This document shows, piece after piece, positions 62,967 to 64,000 of a stretch of 64,000 nucleotides of DNA. The DNA comes from Squalus acanthias (Eukaryota). A model generated the notes under the pieces. That model saw nothing but the letters and a program-made list of their open reading frames with translations, did no database searches and was not told the origin of the DNA. Both the position numbers and the translations under genes were made by a program. How positions within the stretch are numbered: the first letter of the stretch is position 1; every line of letters starts with the position of its first letter. The stretch covers positions 106,704,001 through 106,768,000 of the forward strand of contig CM059431.1 of the NCBI GenBank assembly GCA_030390025.1, given 5' to 3'.

Positions 62967-64000
62967 ATGATGGAACATATAGCCCACTTGTGTGCTTTTC
63001 TTTCGAAAAAAAGTCTGTGTCCTTCCCAACTACAGCTTGTAAAAGCCATGCTCATGTTTATTAAGGTACCGCATTGACTTTAAGCCACGGATACCCTTTT
63101 TGACAGCAATCATTTGAAATTACAAATATACCCATTCCACAACCTCCACGATCGCAAAGATTAAGGCCCGGACAAATTCCGTACTCAATCACAGTTATTT
63201 ACTCAAGTTCTTGTGTCTCGCCCTGTATCTCCCTTCCATCAAATCACACAGGGGGATTATTCTCTGTAAAGAAAACTTAATAGCAAATGAAAGATAAAAA
63301 GTGACATTGGTATAGTGACGAGGTGCAAACAATCGATTGCCCAAACCTTGCCATGTAGCCGTGCATGAGGTTACAGGCTTCAGCCCTGTCCTGTATCGAT
63401 CTGCTAATACTTTATTGTTTGCCTGCCGTGTCCTGCCAACTAATCTCATTTTACTTAATTTTGTGGTCTGGAATTCTCATTTTCTCTCGGCCAATTTTCT
63501 CTGGGACCTATTAAATCTCACTTTGTTGTGCAAACGGGCTTTGGAAATTAAGCTCGTCCGAAGCTCTTTCCAGTGCAAAGCAAATCTCTTTCGGTCTCTG
63601 GCAGCTTGTGCGTCAAGTGGTTTTGCATGCGGATAAGGGCGCCGTTGAAACAGCAGGTGCCATCAATCACCGTGACTTTTTGACGCACGCCATTTCACCT
63701 CTACCTGCATGAAGGACTGGCGAGATGGCAAAACAGCGGCCCTTGAGTGACGCGAGTCCTTTGCATCCAGCCCACCTCGGCGGTCCAGCTACACAGAAGC
63801 CAGCGAGGGGGTGGGGGGGGGTGCGTGGTACCAGGTCGCCATCAAGATATCAGGAGTGATTTATTTCCCCACCGCACCCCCACCTCTCCTGTTCCTCTGT
63901 AAGCACCAAGGGGCAAAGCAAAGCCTGCGTTCTTAAAAGGTTTTCACATGAATAACCACAGTGGGGCTCTTTAAAAAAAACAGTTCGCTGAGAGATGCCA

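Overview
This is repeat-dominated eukaryotic DNA, most likely from a cartilaginous fish (inferred from the DeuSINE/SacSINE1-like SINEs and the CR1, L2, RTE and Penelope families). No host protein-coding gene can be confidently called. The first ~34 kb is a nested transposon landscape: one apparently intact full-length CR1 LINE (ORF1 SGNH esterase, ORF2 APE+RT), decayed Penelope-like elements carrying minimal hammerhead ribozyme motifs, PIF/Harbinger-type elements, a Gypsy pol remnant, RTE/L2/CR1 fragments, tRNA-headed SINEs and a CpG-rich promoter-like island at ~13.75-14.4 kb. Two structures stand out. (1) A 6.1-kb non-coding hAT (Blackjack-like) element at 7130-13230, with 11-bp TIRs and a 7/8-matching 8-bp TSD, is about 90% filled by two minisatellites whose units resemble the element's own TIR and subterminal motifs. 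(2) A ~29-kb 14-bp satellite at 33989-62966 has a central 27.6-kb block inverted relative to both flanking blocks, with higher-order structure. The very long ORFs in the ORF track (e.g. 7066 aa) are repeat artefacts.
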